A stretch of 64,000 nt of DNA. Origin: Podarcis vaucheri (Eukaryota). The stretch is from assembly GCA_965113315.1 (NCBI GenBank), contig OZ220372.1, one strand, 5' to 3'. The stretch's first letter is position 1, and every line of letters begins with the position of its first letter. The position numbers were made by a program, and so were the translations under genes. This document shows positions 1 to 12,175 of this stretch, piece by piece. The notes below the pieces were generated by a model. The model was not told where the DNA came from, did not search any database, and saw nothing but the letters and a program-made list of their open reading frames with translations.

Positions 1-98
1 AGCTATTACATTATTTAATCCAATACATTACAATATAAATTCAAGATTTAAATCCTATAAATATCACACACACAAGTCTTCAGTTTCTGAGTAAGTAC

Positions 99-219
99 CT
101 AAGAGAGTCCCTTTGCTGGAGGTCATATGTATCAGCTGCCTCTCAAAGTCCCAGTTTGCCATTGGAACCTCACAATCAGGCCACAAAGGCGAGACTGCCC
201 TCTCACTGTTGTTGTTTTT
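99..219 (-). CDS. Candidate coding exon of an unidentified divergent gene
   Basis: tcctgtttttatag| 121 nt |gtactt; one open frame KNNNSERAVSPLWPDCEVPMANWDFERQLIHMTSSKGTLL; more GC-rich than flanks; homology not recognised. Confidence 0.3.
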
Positions 220-1869
220 CTATAAAAACAGGACATATTCATTTCTGAAATGCCAATAAACCATTTTTGTTTTAAAGAGCACAGTATTTAAATCCAATTT
301 TATGTTACTATATGAGGTATGATGAATCATGTTTACCAAATCTTTGTGGTTTGCATGGCTTGGCAGGAATGAGGACAACGGCTGTAGAATTCTAAGCATG
401 CTGTCTCATAAGGAAGTACCATTCAATGTAGGGAGATTTAGGATACTTCCAGATGGGGTCTTTATATTGCAAACAGGTCATTCAACAGCTCATTTGTGTG
501 CATAATTTGCATGTTAGCTTCAATGCATTTCCTTTTTTCAGTCATGGTATTTGTTGGTATTCTGCTGTTTGCCATCCACATTAATGGACTGAACTTGATG
601 GGATTGGTTTCCCCACCCCACCCCCATAGCTACTCCTTCTCCATCTTTCACTGCCTTCTTCCAGTCTGGGAATGTATTTTGTACCCATGTGCACACCATT
701 AAAAACAAACAAAAAAAAACCTAGTGAAAGTGCAGAGAATCAGAATTACCAGTCCTTCATTATTAAGTTTTACAATAGGCAAAATGGAGTTTTATGCTTT
801 TGGGAGGGGTTGGGGGAGGGATATCAATTTCCATCACTTCGGCCCCCCCCCCCTTTCTTAATATACTGAGGTTTTGGGCAAGAGTGATAAAGCTATATTC
901 CTCCAGTAATTTGGTAGAGGCATGTGAAAATACTGTATTTAAAATGTGCAATAGGCTCCCATAACATTGAACAGCACAAGCACACATTCCGTCACCCAAA
1001 AAAACCACAGCAGCTTTGAAATACTGAAACAAGAGGTCTTATGCAAGCTATATCTATACTAAATATAGGTATTTTAAAATTTTGTGAAGTAATTCCCCAT
1101 ATGTAGTGTGTGGATGAAGAGCAAGGTTGCTGAAATTTGGATGTGGCAATCAGTGGAAATTGGTCTCATTTGGTCTTGGGACTGCCTGTCTGAAAGCATA
1201 ATTACTGCCTGGTAAGGATTACAACCTTCCAGTACAACATTACACATATCTACTCTTGAAATGGCTCAAGGTCGCTCACGTGCAGTCGCTCATGTGCAGT
1301 TTTGCACCTTAATCTCACTTACATCATTGCAACATCCACGGTTGGGCAATAATATTTACTGGGACAAAAAAAAAATAATATTGACGACCGTGTGGCAAAT
1401 TTTTGAGTCCTCCAGGACTCTTCACTGGGCAAAGTTATTACACAAAGCAGAGAAGTGTGTGTGCCTGATGACAAGTTCTGGAAGACTCGGAAGGTTGCGA
1501 TACTTTTGTGACATTTTGGCTGGTCCCCCCAAAAGCATCGCTCAGCTGATTTGGGAGGGTGCCGCCGATAGGGCTACCTTTGCTTTTTATATTACTTAAA
1601 CCCCAGCATTGTCATGACTGCAGGGAAAATGTAGGAGTCTCCTGCTGCTGCTCTAAACATCATTTACTTGGGAAAGAAAGTAATAAAATTAAACACAAGC
1701 TTTGGCAACCATGTACATTGCTGGCCTCAAGCTATATACATACTGTACAGTGATATACACACTTTTCTTATCAAGGAGGATATATTATACAGTAATAGGG
1801 ACCAGTATTGCCACTTTCCCCTTCATCTGTCGCTGCCCTGAGGTCCTTCCCACTCCTCCTTTTGGAACC

Positions 1870-2780
1870 TCGCCGCCTTCCTCGTACTTTGAAATCAACA
1901 AACCGCGCGAGCGCGCCGTTGGAAAACAACCGCCGCCTGAGCAACAGCCCCGCGCGACTCCGCTCCTTCCGTAAGCAGCGCTCACCCATTACGCACTTTG
2001 CGCGGCAGCCGCCGAACCAGAACTAGCGCGCCTGGCGCTAAAGGACGCTTTAAGAGCCCGCGACCTACTTTCCTGCCAATGCGGAGGCGGCGCCTTCGGT
2101 TTCGGCAGGGTCACGCGATCAAGCCGCCCGCCTCCGGGAAAACTACACGTCCCAGGGTGCCCTTGGGCTGAGCCTCTCCGCCCCTTCTCCCCCTAGCACG
2201 TCCTCCCGGCGTGGCTGACGCGTGCGCGCCCTCCGATTACGACGCTCCGCCGCCCATTGGCTCGCCGAGCCTCTTGCGATGATGACGCGCTCCGGGGCAA
2301 AGGGGAGGCGACGGGAGAGCTGAAAGAGGTGGCGAGTGAAGGCGGAGGGGGCGGGATTCCCGGAGGCGCCGGCGGCACCGTGGGGACTCCCTCCCTCCGA
2401 CCCCCCTCAGCGCCGGACACAGCTGGGCAGCGAAGTGAAGGCGCGTCCGGTAAGCCGGGCTGAGGGGCTGGGGGGCTCCGGGCTGGGGCGCCTCCTGAGG
2501 AGCGGGCGGCGGGGCCTCGGCCGGTTTCGCTGCCGGCTGACATAGGCCGCGGGGTGGGGGGTGCGACCTCCGACCTCCTCGCTCAGGGCCTCCTTAGGCC
2601 GCGGGGGTCGTAGTGCTCGCGGGGCGCTCTCTGCCGGATGACCTCGATTTCCTGCACTCGAGCCCCTCCTCTTGGGCTGCTGCTGCTGACCTTGGGCAAG
2701 TCACTTATCGCCTCTTCTCCCACCCCGGGAGCTATAGTGATAAGTGCCTGCGAAAGCCTTTCGGCCTCTCGCGAAACGCC
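1870..2780. promoter_or_regulatory. CpG-island promoter of ADIPOR2, probably bidirectional
   Basis: Very high GC/CpG density against AT-rich flanks. ZNF143/THAP11-type motif ACTACACGTCCCAGGGTGC at 2142-2160, CCAAT at 2076-2080, ATTGG at 2256-2260, CRE-like TGACGC at 2216 and 2283, TCTCGCGAAA (BANP-like) at 2767-2776. Confidence 0.88.
2290..2449 (+). other. ADIPOR2: ADIPOR2 non-coding exon 1 (5' boundary approximate)
   Basis: Strong donor CCG|GTAAGC at 2449/2450 inside the CpG island. ADIPOR2 is known to have a non-coding first exon followed by a long intron. Confidence 0.7.
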
Positions 2781-4769
2781 CATGAGTTTTACTTTTTAAA
2801 TAAATGAAGGACCAACTCCCTTCAGTGTTGTATCCGGTAGCTAATACACCTGTATAGTTTGAGTCTTTGGGTATACTGAAGTAATGAAATCATTAATTAA
2901 CAAGCAAACAGTGGTATTTTTTTAAAAGTCTTTTCTGCCGCCCTAAAGACGCAAAACCAGCGAAGTTTTGTGGCACTTTTTAAAGGGATCACGAATTTTA
3001 TTATGGTGTGTGGTTTTGTGGCCTCTTAGTTGATATTTCTGGAAGTTTAAGACGAAAAGAAAGAACTTAAAAACCAAGCAACTCCATTCCCACTCTCCTA
3101 CCCCCCCTCAAAGTAACCATGGTTCTCATCCTAAACACACTTAACACACTGCCCCTTGGGCAGCCTGGCTTACTTCTGAGTAAACATGGACCTGCTCTTG
3201 GTTTTCCACACACATTTGGGTAGTCTTAATTGTTAATCATCACTTTAGGAAATGGCTCCTGCTTCCCAAATGGTGACAACACTTGAGGTGAAAAGCACTG
3301 CTCATGTTTTTGTAAACTGCTTCACAGCTGTTAGCAGAATTTGAGGAAATGAAGTGTTAAGTAGTTTTGAGGACTTCCATTTCAATAAACATGCAGAGAG
3401 CTACTTGTGAAACTCAACTTTTCTATTGAGAATGTCAGTTGTCTGCATATTTTGTACTGTACACTAGGAGTAAACTTGGACAAGAAAATGATACTGATAA
3501 AATACTGATGTGAGAAAATACAAGTACAACCAGATAACTATTTTATTCTGGTGGAGAGTGTGCTAGGCTTAAAATGTAACTATTATGGACAAGGCTTGGT
3601 ATCAACAATTGTGTACTTGTGTCTGTTGGCAGAAGGTACAGCTTACACATATTTGAAATATTTGTAAATGACAACTGTTCGCATGTATTTTATATTTGGA
3701 AATACTGCTTTACTCAGAAATCTTAACACACCTGGCCTTTTGTAAAATTGGTACTGCAATATTTTCTTGAGAATGTGCAAAACTAATGTTCAAAGCCTAT
3801 GCACTCCTTGGAGTAAATGTAATTGAACTTAACATGAATAAGTATGTGTATCATAAATGAGAAGTTAATCTACCTAGTTATGGAATCTTGAGCAGATTCT
3901 AGAATAGTAACTTTTTGGCTGCAGTGGCAAAAAAAATCAATGACTGTTTGGCACACCAGAGACCAAGGCTACAATCTTTTTCAGAAACTCAAAGAAGTGT
4001 ACAACCAACTTTACCAAAACAAAATAAAACAATATTTTAAACCTCTATATTCTCATATATGAAACATAGTGTATCTGAAAAGTACAGTGTCACTCAAAGG
4101 ATTGACAAAACAGAAGTTAAATAATGTTCTTGCAGTGGCTTGCAACATTGTTTTGGTGGCTTTTGTCACAAACAGTTAACCTTTTTGGTGGCTTGTATCC
4201 ATCACTGCTGTTTGTTGAATTAAATCTTAGTGGCTCATAGAAAGGCCCAAATGTGGCCCTGACTTCAACAGTCCTTGCATTCACGTATAGGTTTAGGATT
4301 CTCCCAAAGTGGGCATCTAATTATTTATAGCTTTGTTACCAAGAAACATATTCCTTGTTTATAAAGAAACTGCACAAAGGGTAACTTCACATCTTAACAC
4401 AAAAGTAGTGGCAGGAAGTATGAGTGACTCATGTCTCCCCTCTTCTCACACTTTTTGAGTAAGTAGACTTATTATTTCTCCTATCACGCGATGCACAGCT
4501 CCACAGTAGCAGTACACAAGTTTGATTGCATAGGAAGTTGTCACTTGTGTAAAAACATAAAAAGCTATCCTAAGTTGTTTACAAACCACTCTGTTAATAA
4601 GGCTAAGTGACTGTATTCTGTTCTTAGTGGAAATCATATCAGCATATCAATGAGAGCCTAAATTTTAACAGGATTAATGGAACAGCAAAAAATTGGTTTA
4701 TGAGTAGTAGTTAAATCAGGACCAAAATATATATACTGAGCAATATTGTGAGCTTTCTTTACCATAAAG

Positions 4770-4868
4770 ACTGGAGCTCAGAAGAGCCACTGCCAGTCAG
4801 TGTGAACAGTACTGAGCTAGGTGGGGGATCAATGGTCTGACTCTGTATAAGGTAGCTTCCTGTATTCA
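4770..4868. repeat. Dispersed squamate LINE/SINE-tail repeat fragment
   Basis: gccactgccagtcagtg...actgagctag...atggtctgactc..tataagg.agcttcct. Related reverse-oriented copies at ~37655-37730, ~49365-49530 and ~60155-60300. Confidence 0.6.
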
Positions 4869-7800
4869 CAAGTCATGTGAATTATTTTTGTGTCATGTTT
4901 TCACTTACCTGCCATGAAATACTCAAGAGTCTAATTCGGCTGATAGGTAACAAACCACCTTTGATCTTAATCTTATGTTCCCAGTTTATCCTAGGGGCGA
5001 AGAGAACTAGAAGTCACCTGCTTCCTGGCAGGTTTTCATTTGTCTTAGAAGGAAAACAAGCACGGGACCTTTTCTTTATCCAGTTTAGCTAACACATTTA
5101 ATACCAGAGTAGCACTGCCACAGATCCTTTCAACTAGGATGCTTGCATGGCCTGATCTCTTTTTCCAATGGCAGACCTCTCTTACCACTGAGAGGGAGCT
5201 CCAAAAACATCCTTCGACATTTTTCATAGACTATAAGATTGCACCATATGTGTTACATATGTTTATTCACTGCTCAGACTGTTAAGACTTACAGCTGAGA
5301 GATTTCATCATGTGTTCCTTGGTCAACAGTTTGACTCAAATGACAGAGTTGTTGAGTCAATCAGATGACCTACATTCTGCTGACATGAAAAGGTGTGGAA
5401 GTGAAAAGAGAATAAATATTGTTAAGTATTTTTAGTGAGAAAGTGAAATATTGCTAAGGGTTATTATATAAGGATTCTTATTAATACCTGTATCCCTGTT
5501 CACATAGAGGGTAGGCACCCCAAGGGCTGTATAATTACTATTTTTATTATTACTCACCCTTCACCAGCAGTAGATCTCCCAGTCCACCTATGCAGAGGGA
5601 TGAAGGCGATCTTCCCTGGCAAGTCACCACATTGCAGGGAGTGGAGCAGGGGAGGCTTTGGGCTTGCTAGATACAAAGCCCTCCAGGTCTCCCAGCAAGC
5701 TCCCAGAACACAGGAAAAGTAAGTGAGGCCTGACTCTAATGTATTATTTCAGTCCCATTGGGAGCAGTGGGAGAGAAAACCCATAAAAAGTGGCTTCAAA
5801 GTTAAGAAGGGACCCCCTCTCTCCTGTATACACACACACATTGTGCCATGCTGGTATGAGCCGGGCACAGCTTTTGATTGGGCAGCTTTTTCACCTTCAC
5901 ATCTTCCCCTTCTGCCTCTCCTGCACTCCCTTTGCTCTGCTCATTCATTGTTAAGCAGTAACTTGTGTATGCATAGCCAGGGGAAGGGAGTTCTATTACA
6001 CAAGAGTGTCTAGAACAGTTTGCCACCAGTATTGAAGATTCTGTGGGACAAATTTTAGGTGAAAGGGTTGTTGACTTTAGTTGCATAAAGCACTTGAAAT
6101 GAGCTTGCCGAGCACTATTTAAAGAGCTTGTTTACCAATGTGTACAGTGCACTGGACTTCTGCCTGTGTGTTGCGTCCATTTTTTAAAAAAGGTGTTTAC
6201 ATTTCCCTTTGGAAATAAATCCTCACCCGCTTTAAAAAGTAGAAGTCCATATTGGCCAGTTGACATAAAGTATTCCACTAAGAAATTGCAACTCAGCTAT
6301 TACTTGTTGCATGTTTATGGATCCAAGGCTGTTCGGTCTGAGTTCTAGCCCCTTCTCTACATTCTGAGATGTCTTGAGTACTTTGTTTCTGAAGGTGCCC
6401 AGCCTGCCATGTCTACCTCTTAGTTAACTTGGATGTTTCAGAGTTGAAACTAAAGATCTAATAAATGTTTAAGTTAAAATAAAATGATTTTGCTTTTGCC
6501 AGCCTACAGTCCTACATAAACAATAGGTGGAAACACATAGTTCAGTTGTATGCATGTTTATCTGTAAACACCTGGTCTTTGAGCATTTTTGCACTGGAAA
6601 ACTTACTCCTGTTTCACTGTCATGGGATTGTTGTCAGAATGATAGTTAAGGGGTGCTGCTAACAGCAGAGAACTCTGCCAGAACTAGTAGGCCTCAAAGA
6701 AATATTGGTCTCTCCTCCTCTGCCCGCTCCCCCTTGCTGAACCACTGGCAAGGAATTATATTGTGCTAATACGAAAAGTCAAAAGAAACCACTATATTTT
6801 TCAACCCTAGGTAAGTAAAGGAAGTGGATCATGCTGCTGGGCATTCCCTGAAATTTAGGCAATGTGGTGTAGTTGTTAGAGGGCAATCCTACATCCATCA
6901 CTGCCTCATCTCACCCTACCTCATGTGGGTAGTATGGGCATGCATGGGCCATCCCTCTAAAATGGATGTAGAAGTATTGTCCTTAGAACAGCCCATCTTA
7001 AAATTCACAAAGACTACAGTCTATGTTTCTAAATACAGCTCTGAAAGGAGACTCACTTCACTGCAAAAAATCTCTGTATTTAGGTAAGGACATATTCCCA
7101 CCACACTACTCTTCGCTGTTTTGCTTTGACTGCTCTAAAGTATTAAAATATACTTGAATACCAGAACATCACTTGACTAGATTTACAAAGTCATGCAACA
7201 GATATAGATATCTTCTCTTCCTCAATCAATCCTGTTGGTCAGGTTCTACCTGTGTCCTTGGAGCTGGGTGAGCAAAATAAGATGTCCGTAGATATTCAAT
7301 TGAGTAATTTTCAGGTATGGATATTATATATTTGGTTGGCTAAGCTCATGGCTTACAATGGAAGCATCTTTTGGATTAAGTAAGCCCACATTGTACAACT
7401 AAGTAACCAGTTTTACAGCAATGTCACTTTTAATTAGTGCATAGCATTGTGATGGTGTAATTAAAGTAAACAAATATAATAAAGAATTGTTGGGTACATG
7501 CATACAGCACCTTCAGTTTGAAGTGTAGCCCTATTAAAGGAGCTGTGATATTTAATGGGCATGCCATATGCAAATTGAGATCAAACTTGTCCAGTATATT
7601 GTAGGGGGGAAACAGCTTGGCAGCCAATGCAGTTTTGCTGTAGGTGGAGTTTTGGCTTTTATCTCCTGAGGGATCTGGGCATGGGTTGGTAATCTCTTCC
7701 ACGGTGAATGCCAAGCTCAGTTTTCCCTGAACTGGGTTAAAGTGCAACATCTTGCCTGTATCTGTTAGATAGCAGGGGTAAGAAACTCTGAAAGTTCTAC

Positions 7801-8677
7801 TTGCTAGGATTGTGTAGCATATAATAGATGAAACACTTGTGTTTCATGTTACCCTTATGTCTTGTTTTATTGGCGTTTAATATTCAGTCTGTGGTTTAAT
7901 TTCTTAAACTGTAGTCATTTGTATTTACCATGAAATATTTTTTGTTGAAATTGGTATAATTTACTTCTCAGTAAATGTGGATAGGCTATGATTATTAAAT
8001 GTTTTACCTAACACTTAGTGCAAACTGCAGGATGGGTTTGGTAGCACTGTGGATCTTATTCATTTATGAAATCTTATTTGTATACTTCAAATATTTAAAA
8101 GTTTTGAATTGCCAGAGAGTTTTGGTCTTTTGGTCTTTTGGGTGATATGGTGTAGGATAGTGGCATTTTCTCCTTCTCCAGCATGATTTTTCTTATTCTT
8201 TACACCAAAAGCTACACTACTACTTAATATCTAAGCCTCAGAACTTGTAATGCACATCCATGTATGTAGTATGTAGACAGCCTTTGACTTATTTGTATAT
8301 CCTTCAAGGCCATTAAATGTTCAGTAGGGAGTAAACATGATTCTGTAGTGCTCTGACATGGATCAACTATCCTTAGTTTTCTTTATTCAACAATCTGAAA
8401 TGCTTCGCCTTACATAGTTAAATAAGCTTTGGATTCTGACATATATTAATTCTATGCAGAGTCATAGTAGGACAGAACTACTTCAGAATGAACATTCTGT
8501 GGTTGCACAGACTTTTGAAGCCTATTCCAGGAGTGTCTCTGTAGATTTTATGTATGGTTTGTAATATGGGATTTGTAAATAGTATTTATATGGTAATTGG
8601 GCTGTGCTCTCAGTTGCATTTCTTGAAAAACTGGTAGGGAAATTAATAGGGAATGGCTTACTCAGTTGTTTCGTCTG

Positions 8678-8873
8678 TTGTTGTTTTTTTATAAGATATT
8701 TATTAAAGTTTCACAAATTTTATAATCAAACACAGCAATACAAACAAACACAAATAAGAAAAAACAAGTATAATTTCAAATCCTTATTTTCTTAAAACTT
8801 ACTTCCCCGACCTCCTCATACCTCCCCTTTCTGCATTCCAATTTCAAATTTTTGGTTCAGCAAATCCTCACCC
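8678..8873 (-). mobile_element. 5'-truncated L1/Tx1-like LINE 3' end
   Basis: On -: G-rich then U-rich 3'UTR, AATAAA and an A-rich tail. Together with the U2 fragment it is flanked by a 16/17 direct repeat (8661-8677 / 8909-8925). Confidence 0.7.
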
Positions 8874-8908
8874 TCGCTTCTCGGCCTTTTGGCTAAGATC
8901 AAGTGTAG
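8874..8908 (+). pseudogene. RNU2: U2 snRNA 5' fragment (nt 2-36), retrocopy
   Basis: TCGCTTCTCGGCCTTTTGGCTAAGATCAAGTGTAG is an exact match to vertebrate U2 nt 2-36. No Sm site or remainder of U2. Confidence 0.93.
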
Positions 8909-8929
8909 CTCAGTTGTTTCTTCTGAGCT

Positions 8930-8930
<1 letters not shown>

Positions 8931-8981
<51 letters not shown>

Positions 8982-9038
8982 CTTCATTATTTCTACCCCG
9001 CCCATCTGGCTGCGTTTCCCCAGCCACTCTGGGTGGCT
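8931..9038 (-). repeat. (CAA)n microsatellite attached to a retroposon 3' end
   Basis: About 17 CAA units followed by accccgcccatctggctg..tttccccagccactctgggtggct, a common lacertid retroposon tail in reverse orientation. Confidence 0.7.
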
Positions 9039-10299
9039 ATATCTGCGATATCTCCCATACTTGGAATGCCTAGCTTTATAAATTGCATGCCACTGGATAG
9101 AAGTTTAAACTTCTAAATTCTGGCATTTTGCTTGTCTCCCTTAGTGGTCACAATCTCCCATCTGCTTTACATGTAAATGTACATGATTGGACGTATGCAT
9201 CTTTGAGTTGGTCTGATGGACTAGCAAATGGATTTTAAGATCCCTATGCTACTTGAAGAGCATAGACAACTGCCAAGGACTTACTACCCACAAAATGTTC
9301 AAGCTTTCTTAGAGTACAAATGATAATTGTCAATATCATAGTTCTATTTTTTATGATAATATTATTTCTTAGAACTCATTGAGCCAAGTTGTAATCTTTG
9401 CATTAAGGCCAATGTGTACCCATGTAAAAAGCCGCCTTGTCTTTTTTGTGTGTGTGTCCTCTGTAGCAAAATGCTGCTCTAAAAAAGGAAATGAGACAAC
9501 GTTGCATTCTTAAGGGTTGACTTTACTCTGGCTTATGTGGTACTTCAGGCTCTATTATTCTGAAAATAGTCACGTTTGTCAACAGTTCAAACATGGCTGT
9601 GACGAGAGTGCTATTCTTAACCTTGACTGTCTCTTGACAAATACTTTTCCTTCAAACTTCTGCTCACATAATGATATCTGAATGGAGTAAATCTTTATAT
9701 TTGTTTCATGCTTAAATTAAAGTTATTACAATGTTAATTATAGACTGCTGTTCATTTGTCATGGAAAATGTTTATGCCACAGGTTTTGATCGAATGGTAA
9801 ATGTTGTGCTATGTCCGTGTTATGTCTGCCCTAGTACTTAAATGAGATAGGTTCTGTGTTTAGCTACAGAGTAATACAGAACTGCAACCACTCTTAATTG
9901 TAAATCTCAGCATTTATCAATCATGTAGTTAAATATCATCCAATGGCTAGCATGAGTTCAAGTACAACAACATTCCCCCCGCCCCCGTATTTGTGTCAGC
10001 ACAGAACTATAGACATACTGAAACAGGAGTTTGGGTTGGGAAGCAAAGAAAAATCAACAGGATTTGGGATTTGATACCAGACAGCCAGAGTAGTGCTGAA
10101 GGCTAGAGGAGTGATTCAAAATTATAGTTCTTTTGTGTTTTTATGATTATAACTTTGACAGCCTATATTGACTCTTGCTGCAAATATTTGTACTAAAAGG
10201 CTAGGAGGGATATATTTTGATAGATACACAATGAACTATCTTTCACTGTGACCGCAAACATTTATATACACAAAACAAGAGAGCCTGAAACTTCTGAGG

Positions 10300-10759
10300 C
10301 AGACGTTTTCAACCTTTTTGAGTCCACCGCTCCCTTAACTAACTACATGCTTTCTGTGTCACCCCTGTGGGGCTCAGGAGCCCAGTTATATCACCCCTTG
10401 CTTGCAGAGCTGGCAGCCCCTCACCCTTTTTTGAATATCCTCCCTTGTGGAGTGTTCCCTTCACTGCCTCTCCTCTCCCTTCTCTTTGGGAGACCTCTGA
10501 GCAGCTGCTGCTGCAGTACCTGGTCTGTGAACTGCAGCCCCCAAAGAGAGGTGCCTCCCAGAGGCACCATTTGCCTGCGGAGCTTATAGCCAGGGCTACT
10601 GCAATAAACATTTGTGCAAGCCTTAGGGAGGCAGAGATGCGAGGGGGCATCAGAGGAGAGAGGGAAGGAAACGGGAGCAGAGACCAGTGTTGCTGCGGCA
10701 CCCCTGACCATCATTCAAGGCACCCCAGGGTGCCATGGCACACTGGTTGAAAACCACTG
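10300..10759. mobile_element. hAT-type MITE
   Basis: TIRs cagacgttttcaacc / ggttgaaaaccactg (13/15); 8-bp TSD ttctgagg / ctctgagg. Confidence 0.8.
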
Positions 10760-11916
10760 CTCTGAGGGATATTGTCAGGCCATGCCTGTGAATCTTCCTT
10801 TGGGGGCCATTGCTCATAGCCATGCCATATTTGTGCTGCCTAAAGTGCTTTTTTTTTAAGTGCACCAAGTGATTCTTATCTTGATCTGGAATGTGCATAT
10901 GGGATTAATGTTCAGATAGCATCACTTAATATATTTTCAAGAATGCCCTTCTTTAACTGTAACATTATATTAGAATGACATTATATGGTTCACCCTGTAC
11001 CAATGGACATGACTTGTACTAATATTAACTTGTGTATTTATCTTTGTGATTCAGCCCTCTTCCATACAAGATTCTAATTGTCTGAGAAATCTATTATATA
11101 AACCACATATCTTATCTCTTGTGTAACTCTACTGCATAAAAAGTACAAAGGGCAGACCTTTTGCAACTCTGAGTTTGCAAACCCAAGTTATAACTAAAAT
11201 TAGCACATGACCTCACACTTGTAAGCAGAGCAAACACAGTTCTATATCTGATTCCACATGAAAAAGTTACTAGTCTATAATGGCTGCATTGCTGGACAGT
11301 TACACCCCTTAATTGCGGTATATGTATGAACTAGTTGTTCAAGGTCTGTTGTTGCATAATCTGAAGTTGCTCTGGTTGCATCACTGTGGTATTAAGATAG
11401 CTAGTTAGTTGAATTTTTAAGATGCTTATACTCTCTTCCCCTAATGGTCAATAATGGCAGTAACTGTTAACAGAAAGTAGGGAACAGGAAAGCATTTTTG
11501 GAACACTTTTCAAAGCACATTCCTTCTACCAATCATACAAACTTGAGGAAAGGAGAACTGGTGTTTTTCTAGCCGTGTGTTTCAGTTAACATGGGTGATG
11601 TAATCTCACTTATCTGCTGCTACAGTCCTTGGTTGTATAACTTAAAATGACTGTAGCACACGGAAGAGCATTTCCATGACCAAAGGTGCATATGTGCTTC
11701 TAGTGCTAAAGGTTAACTATTGTATGCACCTCTATTTACTGCTGACATAATCTGGCAGAAAGGTAATAGCTAACAAGAAAGCCCTGAAATTGAAGGCTTT
11801 GGATCCAAAGTTCTGCAGATCTCCAAGAGATCCTCAGCTACACCAGCCCTGGTGCTGTCATAGTGAAACTCGACCCACCTTCTGCCCTGGCCAGTGTGAG
11901 TTGACAGGGCTTGAGA

Positions 11917-11918
<2 letters not shown>

Positions 11919-11954
<36 letters not shown>
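11919..11954. repeat. (GT)n microsatellite
   Basis: About 17-18 GT units. Confidence 0.95.
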
Positions 11955-11958
<4 letters not shown>

Positions 11959-12031
11959 CAGACAGACACTATACACTACTGAGAACAGTTCTGTAAATAA
12001 TCTCCTGGCTCTCAAAAGAAACCTCAAACAC

Positions 12032-12175
12032 GAATTATAGAATTGGAAGGAACCCCAAAAATAATCTAGTCCAACCCCCTACAATGCAGAAATCCTGCCC
12101 ATAGCCATCCCTGAGTGGGCCTGAGCCACTAACCTTCTGGTTAACAGCCAGGCACACTGGCTGTCCATATTGCCA
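12032..12175 (-). mobile_element. CR1-tailed SINE or CR1 3' fragment
   Basis: tagaattggaagg.accc...atctagtccaacccc...caatgcag.aatc, shared with the CR1 ends at 25474 and 44262. Confidence 0.65.

Noticed and set aside
150-219. Resemblance of SERAVSPLWPDCEVP to the astacin-family N-terminal WPxxxVP motif
   Set aside because: Too short and the rest of the peptide does not fit, so no assignment was made.
1771-1989. 72-aa Arg-rich ORF on - in the CpG island
   Set aside because: Composition is typical of GC-rich non-coding DNA, and a consensus donor follows ATGG, so the contiguous ORF is unlikely to be the product.
8874-8908. Functional U2 snRNA gene, or target of U2-specific retrotransposons (Keno/Utopia)
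   Set aside because: Only 35 nt with no Sm site. The sequence after nt 36 is the duplicated target site rather than an element, and the adjacent LINE end is on the other side in opposite orientation.
8889-9116. PolyQ ORF
   Set aside because: Translation of a (CAA)n microsatellite and a retroposon tail; non-ATG start.
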